64,000 nucleotides of DNA from Gammaproteobacteria bacterium. Lineage in GTDB: Bacteria > Pseudomonadota > Gammaproteobacteria > GCA-002705445 > GCA-002716945. The DNA lies in contig JBJKYD010000009.1 in assembly GCA_045561295.1 (NCBI GenBank), positions 128,001 to 192,000 of the forward strand, given 5' to 3'. A program made the translations under genes and the position numbers. Below are positions 29,733-39,722 of this stretch, in pieces (position 1 is the stretch's first letter; every line of letters begins with the position of its first letter). Below the pieces are notes generated by a model. It did not search any database. It saw nothing but the letters and a program-made list of their open reading frames with translations, and had not been told where the DNA came from.

Positions 29733-29741
29733 TTATCTTTA

Positions 29742-30410
29742 CTATGATTTAGAAATAATTTCTCTCATTTGAGAAATAGTTTTTTTATAATTATCTGAAT
29801 TAAAGATTGCTGACCCTGCTACAAATGTGTTTGCGCCACACTCTGCAACTTTACCTATATTCTTTAGATTAATGCCGCCATCCACTTCTAATCTAATATT
29901 TGGATTAACTGCATCGATCATTTCTTTAACTTCAATGATTTTTTCATATGTTGACTCTATGAATTTTTGTCCTGCAAAACCAGGGTTTACCGACATAAGC
30001 AGAACCATATCTATCTGATCAAGACAATATTCCAGAATAGATACATTAGTAGCTGGATTAAGAACTATGCCAGGCATGCATCCGTTGTCTTTGATCAACT
30101 TAATTGTTCTGTCTACATGTTTGGATGCTTCTGGGTGAAATGTAATGTAATTAGCTCCTGCTCTCGCAAAATCAGGTATTATTTCATCTACAGGACTAAT
30201 CATTAAGTGAACATCAATGATCGACTTTATTCCATAATTACGAAGAGCTTCACATACTAGAGGGCCTATCGTTAAATTAGGCACATAATGGTTGTCCATC
30301 ACATCAAAGTGTATAAAATCTGCTCCCGCTTCTACCACATCTGACACATCTTTACCAAGATTAGCAAAGTCTGCGGATAGAATTGATGGAGCTATTTTAT
30401 AATCTTTCAT
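29742..30410 (-). CDS. rpe: Ribulose-phosphate 3-epimerase
   Basis: [27 protein letters not shown]. Confidence 0.98.
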   Translation of the reverse strand: MKDYKIAPSILSADFANLGKDVSDVVEAGADFIHFDVMDNHYVPNLTIGPLVCEALRNYGIKSIIDVHLMISPVDEIIPDFARAGANYITFHPEASKHVDRTIKLIKDNGCMPGIVLNPATNVSILEYCLDQIDMVLLMSVNPGFAGQKFIESTYEKIIEVKEMIDAVNPNIRLEVDGGINLKNIGKVAECGANTFVAGSAIFNSDNYKKTISQMREIISKS

Positions 30411-30521
30411 TTTATGTAGTGGTGGTGAGGTCAGTATAAGTCATTCATTAGCTTAATTAAAATAATTTTTTTATGATAAAATACTCCTACAAAACTTATA
30501 AGGAATTTAAAAGGAGAAATC

Positions 30522-30971
30522 ATGGAAATAATAAGAAAGTTACTCGTACTAATGATATTTGTTATTAGTGTGCCAGCATTTTCTGCCGATCATACTGTAG
30601 AGATGCTAAGCTCTTCTAATGGGCAAATGATGGTTTTTAAACCTGCTGTGCTTCAGATAAATCCTGGTGATACAGTTACATGGAAAGCTACTAATCCCGG
30701 GCATAATACTGCCTCGATTAGTGAAATGAGTCCTGACAGTTCACTTCAGTGGGATGGCAAGATTAATGAAGAACTTAAAATTACTTTCACTAAAGAGGGT
30801 GTCTACGGGTATAAGTGCACTCCTCATTATATTTTAGGTATGGTTGGAATAGTTTCTGTTGGTGATAACACAACCAATTTATCTGCTGCAAGTGAGTATG
30901 CTGCTGATGCTGAGAAAAAGTTTGCTACAAATAAAGATAGGTTCTCTAAATATATTAATGAGCTTAAATAA
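30522..30971 (+). CDS. Pseudoazurin (periplasmic type 1 copper protein)
   Basis: Signal peptide; MVFKPA, PGDTV, GHN, YKCTPHYILGM give H/C/H/M ligands; RBS AAGGAG. Confidence 0.92.
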   Translation: MEIIRKLLVLMIFVISVPAFSADHTVEMLSSSNGQMMVFKPAVLQINPGDTVTWKATNPGHNTASISEMSPDSSLQWDGKINEELKITFTKEGVYGYKCTPHYILGMVGIVSVGDNTTNLSAASEYAADAEKKFATNKDRFSKYINELK

Positions 30972-30974
30972 TTA

Positions 30975-31832
30975 ATGAATCAAAATGATACTTATTTTCT
31001 AGAGAATAGTCCGCTATTCTCTGGGAAGATTAGACAAGTATTTAATTACTCTCAAGATAAACTTCTCATTAAAACATCAGATAAAATATCTGCTTTTGAT
31101 TTTGTGTTTGATGACGAAGTTACTACAAAAGGATCATTGCTAACGAAAATTACGAAGTTTTGGTTTAACAAGACTCAGCATATAATCAAGAATCATCTAT
31201 TGGATGATAGTGAGCTGCAAGACTTAATCCCCAAATCTCATGAATCTTGCATGCTTGTAAAAAAATGTCGACCTATCAGAATAGAATCAATTGTTCGTGG
31301 TTATTTGTCTGGCTCTGCATATTCCGAATATCTCAAAAATGGAAAAGTATCAGACATTAGCATGAAGCCTGGACTCAAGTTAAATGATAGATTTGATGTT
31401 CCGATTTTTACTCCATCAACCAAAGCTGAAGTGGGTGATAAAGATGAAAGTATAACATTCACTCAAATGAAGGAACTAATCGGTAATGATGAAGCAATCT
31501 ACATAAACAAAAAAAGTATAGAGCTCTATAACTTTGCACATGAATATGCGCTATCAAAAGGTTTATGTCTGATAGATACAAAATTTGAGTTTGGCTATGA
31601 TGAACAAAATAATATCATATTAATTGACGAAATATTTACACCTGATTGTTCAAGATATTGCCTAGAACAAGACAGAAATAACAGAGATGTAGATTTTTTT
31701 GATAAACAGTTTTTTAGAAATTATCTAAGAGAAATAGGCTGGCAAAGCACACAAATAAATATTCCTGAAAAAATAAAAAATACTCTTATTACTAGATATC
31801 AACAAGTCTATAATATGATTGTTAATGCCTAA
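30975..31832 (+). CDS. purC: SAICAR synthetase
   Basis: SGKIR, ISAFD, VRGYLSGS, FTPSTKA, DTKFEFG, DEIFTPD. Confidence 0.95.
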   Translation: MNQNDTYFLENSPLFSGKIRQVFNYSQDKLLIKTSDKISAFDFVFDDEVTTKGSLLTKITKFWFNKTQHIIKNHLLDDSELQDLIPKSHESCMLVKKCRPIRIESIVRGYLSGSAYSEYLKNGKVSDISMKPGLKLNDRFDVPIFTPSTKAEVGDKDESITFTQMKELIGNDEAIYINKKSIELYNFAHEYALSKGLCLIDTKFEFGYDEQNNIILIDEIFTPDCSRYCLEQDRNNRDVDFFDKQFFRNYLREIGWQSTQINIPEKIKNTLITRYQQVYNMIVNA

Positions 31833-32472
31833 ATATCTATTTATAACTGGGACCAACACAGATGTTGGTAAAACCTTCATAGGAACAAAACTAATAAAAG
31901 GTTTAAATAAAAAATACAGTTGTCTTGTATTTAAACCTATTGAAACTGGTTGTGTAAAAAGGAAGGGCGAACTAATTCCTGAAGATTCCACCAAGTATTA
32001 CAGTATAGTAAATAAAGTCATGGACTTAGACGAGTTGAACCCATATAGATTCATACCGCCAATCTCCCCATATCTGGCTATTAAAAGAGCAAAAAGAAAG
32101 ATATTTTTAAAAGATTATTATAAAAAACTCAAAGTAATATCAAAAAATGCTCCTGTATTAGTAGAGGGCGCAGGTGGCGCTTTTTCTCCTCTTGCTCTGG
32201 ATGGTTTAAATATTGATCTTATGAAGATGATTGGATCATTTAATATCTTAATTATTAAAGATGAGTTGGGATGTATTAGTGGAGCTCTATCAAACATACT
32301 GGCCTTTGAGAAATACAAAGTAAGATTAGACTTACTTATTTTAAATACACAAAATAAAAACAACATGGATAACTTTAAAGAAATTAGAAAATATACAAGT
32401 ATTCCCATGATCAACTACACTAAGTCAGCTGATATTAAAACTATCCAAGATAAAATTAGCAAATTTCTATAA
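31825..32472 (+). CDS. bioD: Dethiobiotin synthetase
   Basis: FITGTNTDVGKT, FKPIETG, VEGAGG. Confidence 0.95.
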   Translation: MPKYLFITGTNTDVGKTFIGTKLIKGLNKKYSCLVFKPIETGCVKRKGELIPEDSTKYYSIVNKVMDLDELNPYRFIPPISPYLAIKRAKRKIFLKDYYKKLKVISKNAPVLVEGAGGAFSPLALDGLNIDLMKMIGSFNILIIKDELGCISGALSNILAFEKYKVRLDLLILNTQNKNNMDNFKEIRKYTSIPMINYTKSADIKTIQDKISKFL

Positions 32473-33462
32473 TTCACCTACAGATGCTTTTGAACATCTA
32501 CTAGCACGCTCTATGAGAATCTTTTGAGCATTATCTAAATTTGTGTCATCTCCTTGCCAAGCTGCAAGTGCTGCGGCTTGTATTGCCCTTGCATATGAGA
32601 AAGTCACTCTCCATGGTAGATTATTTTTCTTATTCATGATGTTCAAATGCTCTTCAGCCTCTGTATCACTTTGCCCACCTGATAAAAATGCAATTCCAGA
32701 AGTAGTCTTTGGGACACAATCGGATAGGCAGTCAACTGTCATATTAGCGACGGTGTTGTTGTCGGCTCTCGAACTGTTATCTTGTCCTGAAATTACCATG
32801 CTTGGTTTAAGTACTGTTCCTGGAAGATAGACATTTAACATATCAAGATTTTTAAATAAGGATTCAAGTGATTTTCTAGTAACTGTATCGCATTGTTCTA
32901 TAGTATGAGATCCATTTATAAGAACTTCCGGTTCCACTATTGGAACTAAATTATTTTCCTGGCATAGGGAGGCATATCTAGCTAGCGCATTCATATTTGA
33001 TTCGATGCAAGCTTCAGATGGAATATCCTGACCGATAGTTATAACTGCTCTCCATTTGCAGAACTTTGCTCCGTTAGCATAATAACCAGCTAATCGCTCT
33101 CTTAAACCATCGAGACCTTCGGTGATTTTTTCATTAGGATGACATGCAAAATCCTTTGCTCCTTTATCTACTTTAATACCTGGAAGTATTCCTATCGAAT
33201 TAAGATAGTCTCTAAAAAGAGTTCCGTCTGACATTTTTTGCTCAAATGTTTCTTCAAATAATATTGCTCCACTTATGTAACTAGAAAGATTCGGCGCAGT
33301 AACAATTAATTCTCTATATCTTCTTCTATTAATCTCGTTATTTTCAGTATTTATTGATGCTAAACGTTTAGCGATAGTAGGGCTGCTTTCATCCATTGCT
33401 AAAATACCTTTGGGTTGAGCCATCATTTTTTTTGCTGTTTCTTCAAGAATATTTTTATCCAT
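32467..33462 (-). CDS. fba: Fructose-bisphosphate aldolase class I
   Basis: KGILAMDES, GIKVDKG, KWRAV, PIVEPE, LKPSMV, FLSGGQ, FSYARA. Confidence 0.96.
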   Translation of the reverse strand: MDKNILEETAKKMMAQPKGILAMDESSPTIAKRLASINTENNEINRRRYRELIVTAPNLSSYISGAILFEETFEQKMSDGTLFRDYLNSIGILPGIKVDKGAKDFACHPNEKITEGLDGLRERLAGYYANGAKFCKWRAVITIGQDIPSEACIESNMNALARYASLCQENNLVPIVEPEVLINGSHTIEQCDTVTRKSLESLFKNLDMLNVYLPGTVLKPSMVISGQDNSSRADNNTVANMTVDCLSDCVPKTTSGIAFLSGGQSDTEAEEHLNIMNKKNNLPWRVTFSYARAIQAAALAAWQGDDTNLDNAQKILIERASRCSKASVGEL

Positions 33463-33473
33463 TATATTTTCTC

Positions 33474-34913
33474 CTAGTCATTAATTTCTAGCATATTACC
33501 AACTTCCACAACCTTCATTGCATTTGTTCCACCGCTAGTCCCCAATAGATCTCCTTTTGTTATGATAACTAAGTCTCCTTTTTTCACCGTACCAATCTTT
33601 TTCATAAGTCCTATCACTTGCATATTAGCTTGAGCATGATTTTCCTCTAATTTATCTAGTTTTATAGACTGAACGCCTTTATATAGACATATTCTTCTTG
33701 CTGTTTTTATATTTTGGGTCATAGCATATATAGGAATATTTGATTGCACTCTAGACATCCATAGTGCTGTAGAACCAGTTTCTGTAAGTGCAGCAATTGC
33801 AACAACTTTTGTTAATTTAGCACTGTAAACTGCTGATAAAGCAATTACTTGGTCAACCGGAAGTGTCTTAGGAACAACTCTATCAACTGACAGCGGCCTT
33901 ATATAGGCTCCTTCGGATTCAGCGCAAATTCTACTAGCCTCACTAATTACGTCCGATGGATACTTACCTATTGCTGTTTCTGCTGAAAACATAATTGCAT
34001 CAACGCCTGATGTAACAGCATTGGCAACATCAAATACTTCTGCTCTTGTTGGTACTCTATTAGTAATCATAGATTCCATCATTTGAGTCGCAACTATTGC
34101 TAATTTATCAAAAGATATAGCTTTTCTTATTAAAAACCTTTGTGCAGCAGGCAGCTGTTCTATGCCAATTTCAACGCCAAGATCGCCACGAGCAACTAAT
34201 AGACCATCTGAAACTTTAGTTATTTTATCAATATTTTTTAGAGCTTCATTTCTTTCAATTTTTGCAATTACTTTAATATCTTTATCCTTAATAATATTTT
34301 TGATTGCTAGAATATCTTTTTCATCTTTTACAAAAGACACAGCTATATAATCATATTCATAACGTAATGATTTTTTTAGGTCTGATTTATCTTTAGCAGT
34401 AATTCCTGATAATGATAGGCCACCACCTTTTTTATTTAATCCTTGGTGAGGTTTTAATTTACCTCCACGCTCTACGGTTGTATATATCTTTTTAGACTGT
34501 ATATTATTAACTCTCAGTTTAATTAAAGCATCGCTTAGAAGTAGTTCATCGCCTTCATTCACGTTTTTGTATAAATCTTTATATGTGACTCCAACTTGTT
34601 TTTGGCTTCCGTTTTCATTAAGATCTCGGTTGATAATAAAATTATCCCCTGTCTTTAATGTTATATGCGTTTTATTTGAAAATCCTTTTATCCTTATTTT
34701 TTGACCTTGAAGATCAATCATTATTGCAACAGGCCTGCCTATTTTTTTTTCTTTGCTTCTGACTAAATCTATTAATGTTTTTGCATCTTCGATGGTAGTA
34801 TGAGAGAGGTTAATCCTAAAAACATCTGTACCTGCGAGCATCATCTTTTCTAACTTAGTTCCAGTTGAGGATGATGGACCAAGAGACGCAATAATTTTTG
34901 TTCTTTTTTTCAT
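33474..34913 (-). CDS. pyk: Pyruvate kinase
   Basis: RTKIIASLGP, AKIER, VARGDLGVE, ATQMMESM. Confidence 0.97.
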   Translation of the reverse strand: MKKRTKIIASLGPSSSTGTKLEKMMLAGTDVFRINLSHTTIEDAKTLIDLVRSKEKKIGRPVAIMIDLQGQKIRIKGFSNKTHITLKTGDNFIINRDLNENGSQKQVGVTYKDLYKNVNEGDELLLSDALIKLRVNNIQSKKIYTTVERGGKLKPHQGLNKKGGGLSLSGITAKDKSDLKKSLRYEYDYIAVSFVKDEKDILAIKNIIKDKDIKVIAKIERNEALKNIDKITKVSDGLLVARGDLGVEIGIEQLPAAQRFLIRKAISFDKLAIVATQMMESMITNRVPTRAEVFDVANAVTSGVDAIMFSAETAIGKYPSDVISEASRICAESEGAYIRPLSVDRVVPKTLPVDQVIALSAVYSAKLTKVVAIAALTETGSTALWMSRVQSNIPIYAMTQNIKTARRICLYKGVQSIKLDKLEENHAQANMQVIGLMKKIGTVKKGDLVIITKGDLLGTSGGTNAMKVVEVGNMLEIND

Positions 34914-36046
34914 ATATTAAAATCCAACTTATCCAATATGGGTAAATCGCCTCCTTCTAAGTATGTGAGAAGGGACCCTCCTCCTGTGGATAGACAGCTA
35001 AATTGGCTTTGTAAATTTAAATTTTCAATGATAGGTAGTGTATCACCACCACCTATAATAGAAAAACAATTATGCTCAGCAATTGTTTTTGCTAACTCTA
35101 TAGTTCCTATATCAAAAGGCTCTTTTTCTACATATCCGAGAGGTCCGTTCCAAAATATAGCAGCTGATTTATTAATTATTGATTTAATATGTTCGAGGCT
35201 TTTTTCTCCCACATCAAAAATAATATCGTTATTACTAATGTTACTAACATCTATATTCTTGGGTTTTGATTCTGACTCACAGGACATGTCAATAGGAAAT
35301 ATAATCTTTGATGAAAAGTCAGAGCTTAATATATTTTTTGCTTCATTAACAAGATCTTCTTCATAAAGAGACTTGCCAATTTCGCTACCTTTTGCTTTTA
35401 AAAATGTATTTAAAATGCCGCCTCCAAGAATCATGAAATCACATTTTGCTAATAGCTTTTTTATCACAATGAGTTTAGTTGATACTTTAGCCCCTGAAAT
35501 AATTATAGTCATAGGCCTAGAGTCTTCGTTTATAAGTTGGTTTATTGTAGAAATCTCATTACTAATATTTAAACCAGGAAAAGTTTTGAGATATTCACTC
35601 ACGCCGAATGTGCTGCTTTCTTTCCTGTGTGATACACCAAAAGCATCAAAAACGAAATAGTCTGCTAATGAAGCATATGCTTTTGATAAATCTGAATCAG
35701 AGGATTTCTCACCTGTATTAAATCTCACATTTTCGAGCATAGCAATTTCATAATTCTCAAAATTTATATTATCTCTATAAGAATTAAAAAATTTAATATC
35801 TCTCTCTAAAAGTGTTGATAAATATTTGCATATCGGCTTAAGTGATAAAGATTCTTCGTAGACACCTTCTGTTGGCCTTCCTAAATGTGAGACAATGATA
35901 ATCTTATTTTTATTTGCTAACAGTTTATGTATAGTTTCTAGCGACTGCTTAATTCTGAAATCATTTACAATATTTCCATTATTCATTGGAACATTGAAGT
36001 CAAACCTTACTAGAATTCTTGTTGATACAATACTGTCAAGTGTCAC
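34910..36046 (-). CDS. pgk: Phosphoglycerate kinase
   Basis: RFDFNVP, SHLGRP, LENVRF, WNGPLG, GGGDT, STGGG; GTG start. Confidence 0.96.
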   Translation of the reverse strand: MTLDSIVSTRILVRFDFNVPMNNGNIVNDFRIKQSLETIHKLLANKNKIIIVSHLGRPTEGVYEESLSLKPICKYLSTLLERDIKFFNSYRDNINFENYEIAMLENVRFNTGEKSSDSDLSKAYASLADYFVFDAFGVSHRKESSTFGVSEYLKTFPGLNISNEISTINQLINEDSRPMTIIISGAKVSTKLIVIKKLLAKCDFMILGGGILNTFLKAKGSEIGKSLYEEDLVNEAKNILSSDFSSKIIFPIDMSCESESKPKNIDVSNISNNDIIFDVGEKSLEHIKSIINKSAAIFWNGPLGYVEKEPFDIGTIELAKTIAEHNCFSIIGGGDTLPIIENLNLQSQFSCLSTGGGSLLTYLEGGDLPILDKLDFNI

Positions 36047-37054
36047 TTAACTAACCCAATGCATCGTCACATCTAACATTCTATTAGAAAATCCCCATTC
36101 GTTATCATACCAAGCACAAATTTTGTATAACTTATCGTCGGATGCTCTTGTTAAACTTTCATCAAATACAGATGAGTAAGATGAATGATTAAAATCAATA
36201 GAAACTAAAGGAAGTTTGTTATAGCCAACAATATTTTTCATGTCGCCCTCAGATGATTGTAATACAAGATTATTAAGTTCATCTACAGATGTAGATTTAC
36301 TTGTATTAAAACATAAATCGACAACAGAAACATTTGTCGTTGGTACACGAATTGCAAAACCATCTAGCTTACCATTTAAATCTGGCATAACTAATCCAAC
36401 AGCAGCGGCGGCACCTGTGTTTGTTGGTATCATAGATTGTGTAGCGGAACGTGCTCGTCTTAAATCTGAGTGATAAACATCTGTTAAGACCTGATCGTTA
36501 GTATATGAGTGGATTGTTGTCATTAGACCATTTGTTATTTCTAGATTTTTATGAATATTTTTAATGACTGTAGCAAGACAGTTTGTCGTGCAAGATGCAT
36601 TTGAAATAACTTCTTGATTGTCAGTCAACGTCTCATGATTTACACCAAAGACAACCGTGTTATCAACTTCTTTTCCTGGAGCAGATATAATAACTTTACT
36701 GGCTCCTGCTTTTATATGTCCACCAGCTTTTTCTTTTGATACAAATATTCCTGTACATTCATAAACTACATCAACATTTAGTTTGCTCCATGGTAATTTT
36801 TCAGGGTTTCTTTCAGATGTAACAAGAATTTCATCTTGATTATTTATAATGATTTTATCCCCATTGACATCAACGGGAGTATTGAATTTACCGTGGACTG
36901 TATCATGTACTAATAAGTGTGCGTTTATACTACTATCACCTAAATCATTTATGGCTACGATTTTAATATCTTCATATGCACTATTTTCATATTTAGCTCT
37001 CAATATGTTTCTGCCAATTCTTCCAAATCCATTTATAGCTACTCTAATTGTCAT
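36047..37054 (-). CDS. gap: Glyceraldehyde-3-phosphate dehydrogenase type I
   Basis: [26 protein letters not shown]. Confidence 0.97.
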   Translation of the reverse strand: MTIRVAINGFGRIGRNILRAKYENSAYEDIKIVAINDLGDSSINAHLLVHDTVHGKFNTPVDVNGDKIIINNQDEILVTSERNPEKLPWSKLNVDVVYECTGIFVSKEKAGGHIKAGASKVIISAPGKEVDNTVVFGVNHETLTDNQEVISNASCTTNCLATVIKNIHKNLEITNGLMTTIHSYTNDQVLTDVYHSDLRRARSATQSMIPTNTGAAAAVGLVMPDLNGKLDGFAIRVPTTNVSVVDLCFNTSKSTSVDELNNLVLQSSEGDMKNIVGYNKLPLVSIDFNHSSYSSVFDESLTRASDDKLYKICAWYDNEWGFSNRMLDVTMHWVS

Positions 37055-37062
37055 ATACTCAC

Positions 37063-39054
37063 CTATATTTTTTTTATTAATTTTTGCATTTGTTTTTTTA
37101 TGTTAGTCACAGTAAAGCCGAAGTGTCTCATAACATCATTTCCAGTACCTGATAACCCAAAAGATTCCATAGTTATCATTGAACCTTTTTTGCCTATATA
37201 TTTAAACCAACTCTGACCTCTGCCAGATTCAACAGCAAGTATATTATCAAAATTTTTAGGAATACATTTGTTTTTGTATGCTGAAGTCTGCCTCTCATAT
37301 AGCTCTTGGCATGGCATTGAAATAACACGGATATCTAAGTCTTTATCTTTAAGTTCCATGGCGGCTTGAAGTGCAATAGATACCTCAGACCCAGAGGCAA
37401 TTATAATCCCATCTGGCTCATTACGCGATCCAAAGACTATGTAGCCCCCTTTATTAATATTCATATTTTGTACTTTTGATTTAGGGAGTTCTTTAAGAGT
37501 TTGTCTTGTTAAGGCAAGAGCCGATGGTCTTTCTTGTGACAAGAGCGCATGCTTCCATGCAACTGCTGTTTCTTGTGTGTCTGCTGGTCTCCAAACATCC
37601 AAGTCTGGGATAAGTCTAAGTGACGAAATCTGTTCAACAGCCTGGTGTGTTGGTCCATCTTCACCAAGACCAATTGAATCATGTGTAAAAATATATACTA
37701 TAGGCAATTTCATTAGTGCAGACATTCTTATCGCGTTTTTTGCATATTCAGAGAATATCAAGAACGTGCTAGCAAAGGGTCTCATTGCTCCATGTAAGTA
37801 TATACCATTTGAAATTGCAGACATTCCAAACTCTCTCACTCCATAATAAACATATTTACCAGAAGGATTATTTGGTGAGAAAACTTTCATGTCATCGTAA
37901 TATGATAAATTTGATCCTTTAAGATCTGCTGAGCCACCAATAAGTTCTGGCATGTATTTACCAAATACAGACATCACCACTTGTGAAGATTTCCTAGTTG
38001 CCATTGGTTTATGAGTTTTTAAAATAAATTTATTTAAATTATTTATTGTAATAGCTGATAGTTTATTTTTTATCCTTCTATTTAGTTCGTTATATTCCTT
38101 TTTATATAATTTTTTATATTTTTGTATCTTCTTATTCCATTGATCCTCACTTTTTTTACCTTTTGTACATCCATCCCAACTCGTATAAATTTCTTTTGGT
38201 ATATTGAAAGGCTTGTATTTCCAACCTAATCTTTTTCTTACTACTTCTGCCTCATCTTTTCCAATTGGTGCTCCGTGTGCAGCACTTGTTCCTTGATATT
38301 TTGGGGATCCATAACCTATGACTGTCTTGCAGCATATTATGGTCGGCTTAGTAATTTGGCTCTTCGCATTTTTTATAGCTTGTCTAATGCTTACAAAGTC
38401 ATGGCCATTAATATTTTTTACAACGTTCCAGCCATAACTCTTAAATCTGGATGGGATATCTTCGGTAAACCAACCATTGACATTTCCATCTATGGAAATA
38501 CTGTTCATGTCATAAAAGACTATTAGTTTATTAAGTTTCATTGTCCCTGCTAGTGAGCATGCTTCGTGAGAAACTCCCTCCATTAAACACCCATCACCTG
38601 CAAAAACATATGTATTATGATCAATAATAGTATTACCAGGTTTATTATATTCAGCAGCTAAATTTTTTTCTGCCAGAGCCATTCCGACACCATTGGCAAG
38701 TCCCTGCCCAAGAGGTCCAGTTGTTGTCTCTACACCTGGCGTGATATCACACTCTGGATGTCCTGGTGTTAATGAATTTAATTGTCTAAATTTTTTTATA
38801 TCATTGATCGATAATTTATAACCGCTTAGATGTAAAAGGGAATATAGCAGCATTGAACCATGTCCATTTGACAGAACAAATCTATCTCTGTTGAACCATT
38901 TAGGATTTTTTGGATTATGCTTTAGAAACTCTCTCCATAAAACTGTGGCAATATCAGCCATACCCATCGGTGCTCCTGGGTGTCCAGAATTTGCCTTATT
39001 AACTGCATCAATACTCAGGAACCTTATAGCATTCGCTAAAATACGATTATTCAC
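37063..39054 (-). CDS. tkt: Transketolase
   Basis: [32 protein letters not shown]; start revised to GTG 39054 behind GGAG. Confidence 0.97.
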   Translation of the reverse strand: MNNRILANAIRFLSIDAVNKANSGHPGAPMGMADIATVLWREFLKHNPKNPKWFNRDRFVLSNGHGSMLLYSLLHLSGYKLSINDIKKFRQLNSLTPGHPECDITPGVETTTGPLGQGLANGVGMALAEKNLAAEYNKPGNTIIDHNTYVFAGDGCLMEGVSHEACSLAGTMKLNKLIVFYDMNSISIDGNVNGWFTEDIPSRFKSYGWNVVKNINGHDFVSIRQAIKNAKSQITKPTIICCKTVIGYGSPKYQGTSAAHGAPIGKDEAEVVRKRLGWKYKPFNIPKEIYTSWDGCTKGKKSEDQWNKKIQKYKKLYKKEYNELNRRIKNKLSAITINNLNKFILKTHKPMATRKSSQVVMSVFGKYMPELIGGSADLKGSNLSYYDDMKVFSPNNPSGKYVYYGVREFGMSAISNGIYLHGAMRPFASTFLIFSEYAKNAIRMSALMKLPIVYIFTHDSIGLGEDGPTHQAVEQISSLRLIPDLDVWRPADTQETAVAWKHALLSQERPSALALTRQTLKELPKSKVQNMNINKGGYIVFGSRNEPDGIIIASGSEVSIALQAAMELKDKDLDIRVISMPCQELYERQTSAYKNKCIPKNFDNILAVESGRGQSWFKYIGKKGSMITMESFGLSGTGNDVMRHFGFTVTNIKKQMQKLIKKI

Positions 39055-39607
39055 CTTGTCTCCATTTAATTGAGCACCCAACACTCGGAATTTGGTTTAC
39101 AGGTCCCTTCCCAGTTCTAGCTATTTCTATCATGCCTTTAAATAAATCACTCGAATTAGCTGACATTTGTTTCGACATTTTTCTATCATCAAATCTTCCC
39201 CGATACTGTAACTCTAGATTACTATTAAATCCAAAGAAATCTGGCGTACAAACAGATTTATATTTTTTTGCAATATTTTGCTTATCATCTATGAGGTATG
39301 GGAAGCTAAAACCAAATCTTTTAGAGACCTTCTGCATGTTTTCAAATGAATCATCCGGATATGCATCATAATCATTAGAATTAATGGCAACGCATCCGAT
39401 GCGTTTTTTCTGCATGACACTTACTTCAGTAGCAAGTTGATCAATGATAGATTGAACATATGGGCAATGATTACAGATAAACATAATGAGAGTCGCTTTT
39501 TCCCCTCGACATGAATCAAGTGTATGAAATCGATCATCAACACCCAAAAGCTCAAATTCATGAGCTTTCATGTCAAAGTCACAGTTAGGTGTATAGATTT
39601 CAGCCAT
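39047..39607 (-). CDS. Thioredoxin-fold AhpC/TSA family protein
   Basis: FICNHCPYV, INSND, CTPDFF, YRGRFD, PSVGCSIKW. Confidence 0.92.
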   Translation of the reverse strand: MAEIYTPNCDFDMKAHEFELLGVDDRFHTLDSCRGEKATLIMFICNHCPYVQSIIDQLATEVSVMQKKRIGCVAINSNDYDAYPDDSFENMQKVSKRFGFSFPYLIDDKQNIAKKYKSVCTPDFFGFNSNLELQYRGRFDDRKMSKQMSANSSDLFKGMIEIARTGKGPVNQIPSVGCSIKWRQGE

Positions 39608-39614
39608 GAATTAT

Positions 39615-39643
39615 CTTGAAAAATCTGAACTTGACCCCAATAT
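39615..39643 (+). promoter_or_regulatory. Putative sigma32 (heat-shock) promoter upstream of rpoD
   Basis: CTTGAA-14 nt-CCCCAATAT, close to consensus CTTGAA-N13-17-CCCCATNT. Confidence 0.65.
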
Positions 39644-39686
39644 TAACTGGAAATCAGGTTTTTTGTGTTAATTAAAATATTATTAG

Positions 39687-39695
39687 TGATATAAT
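39687..39695 (+). promoter_or_regulatory. Extended -10 promoter element of rpoD
   Basis: TGaTATAAT ending 27 nt before the ATG. Confidence 0.55.
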
Positions 39696-39722
39696 ACCTC
39701 ACTTCCAAAGAAGAATATATCT

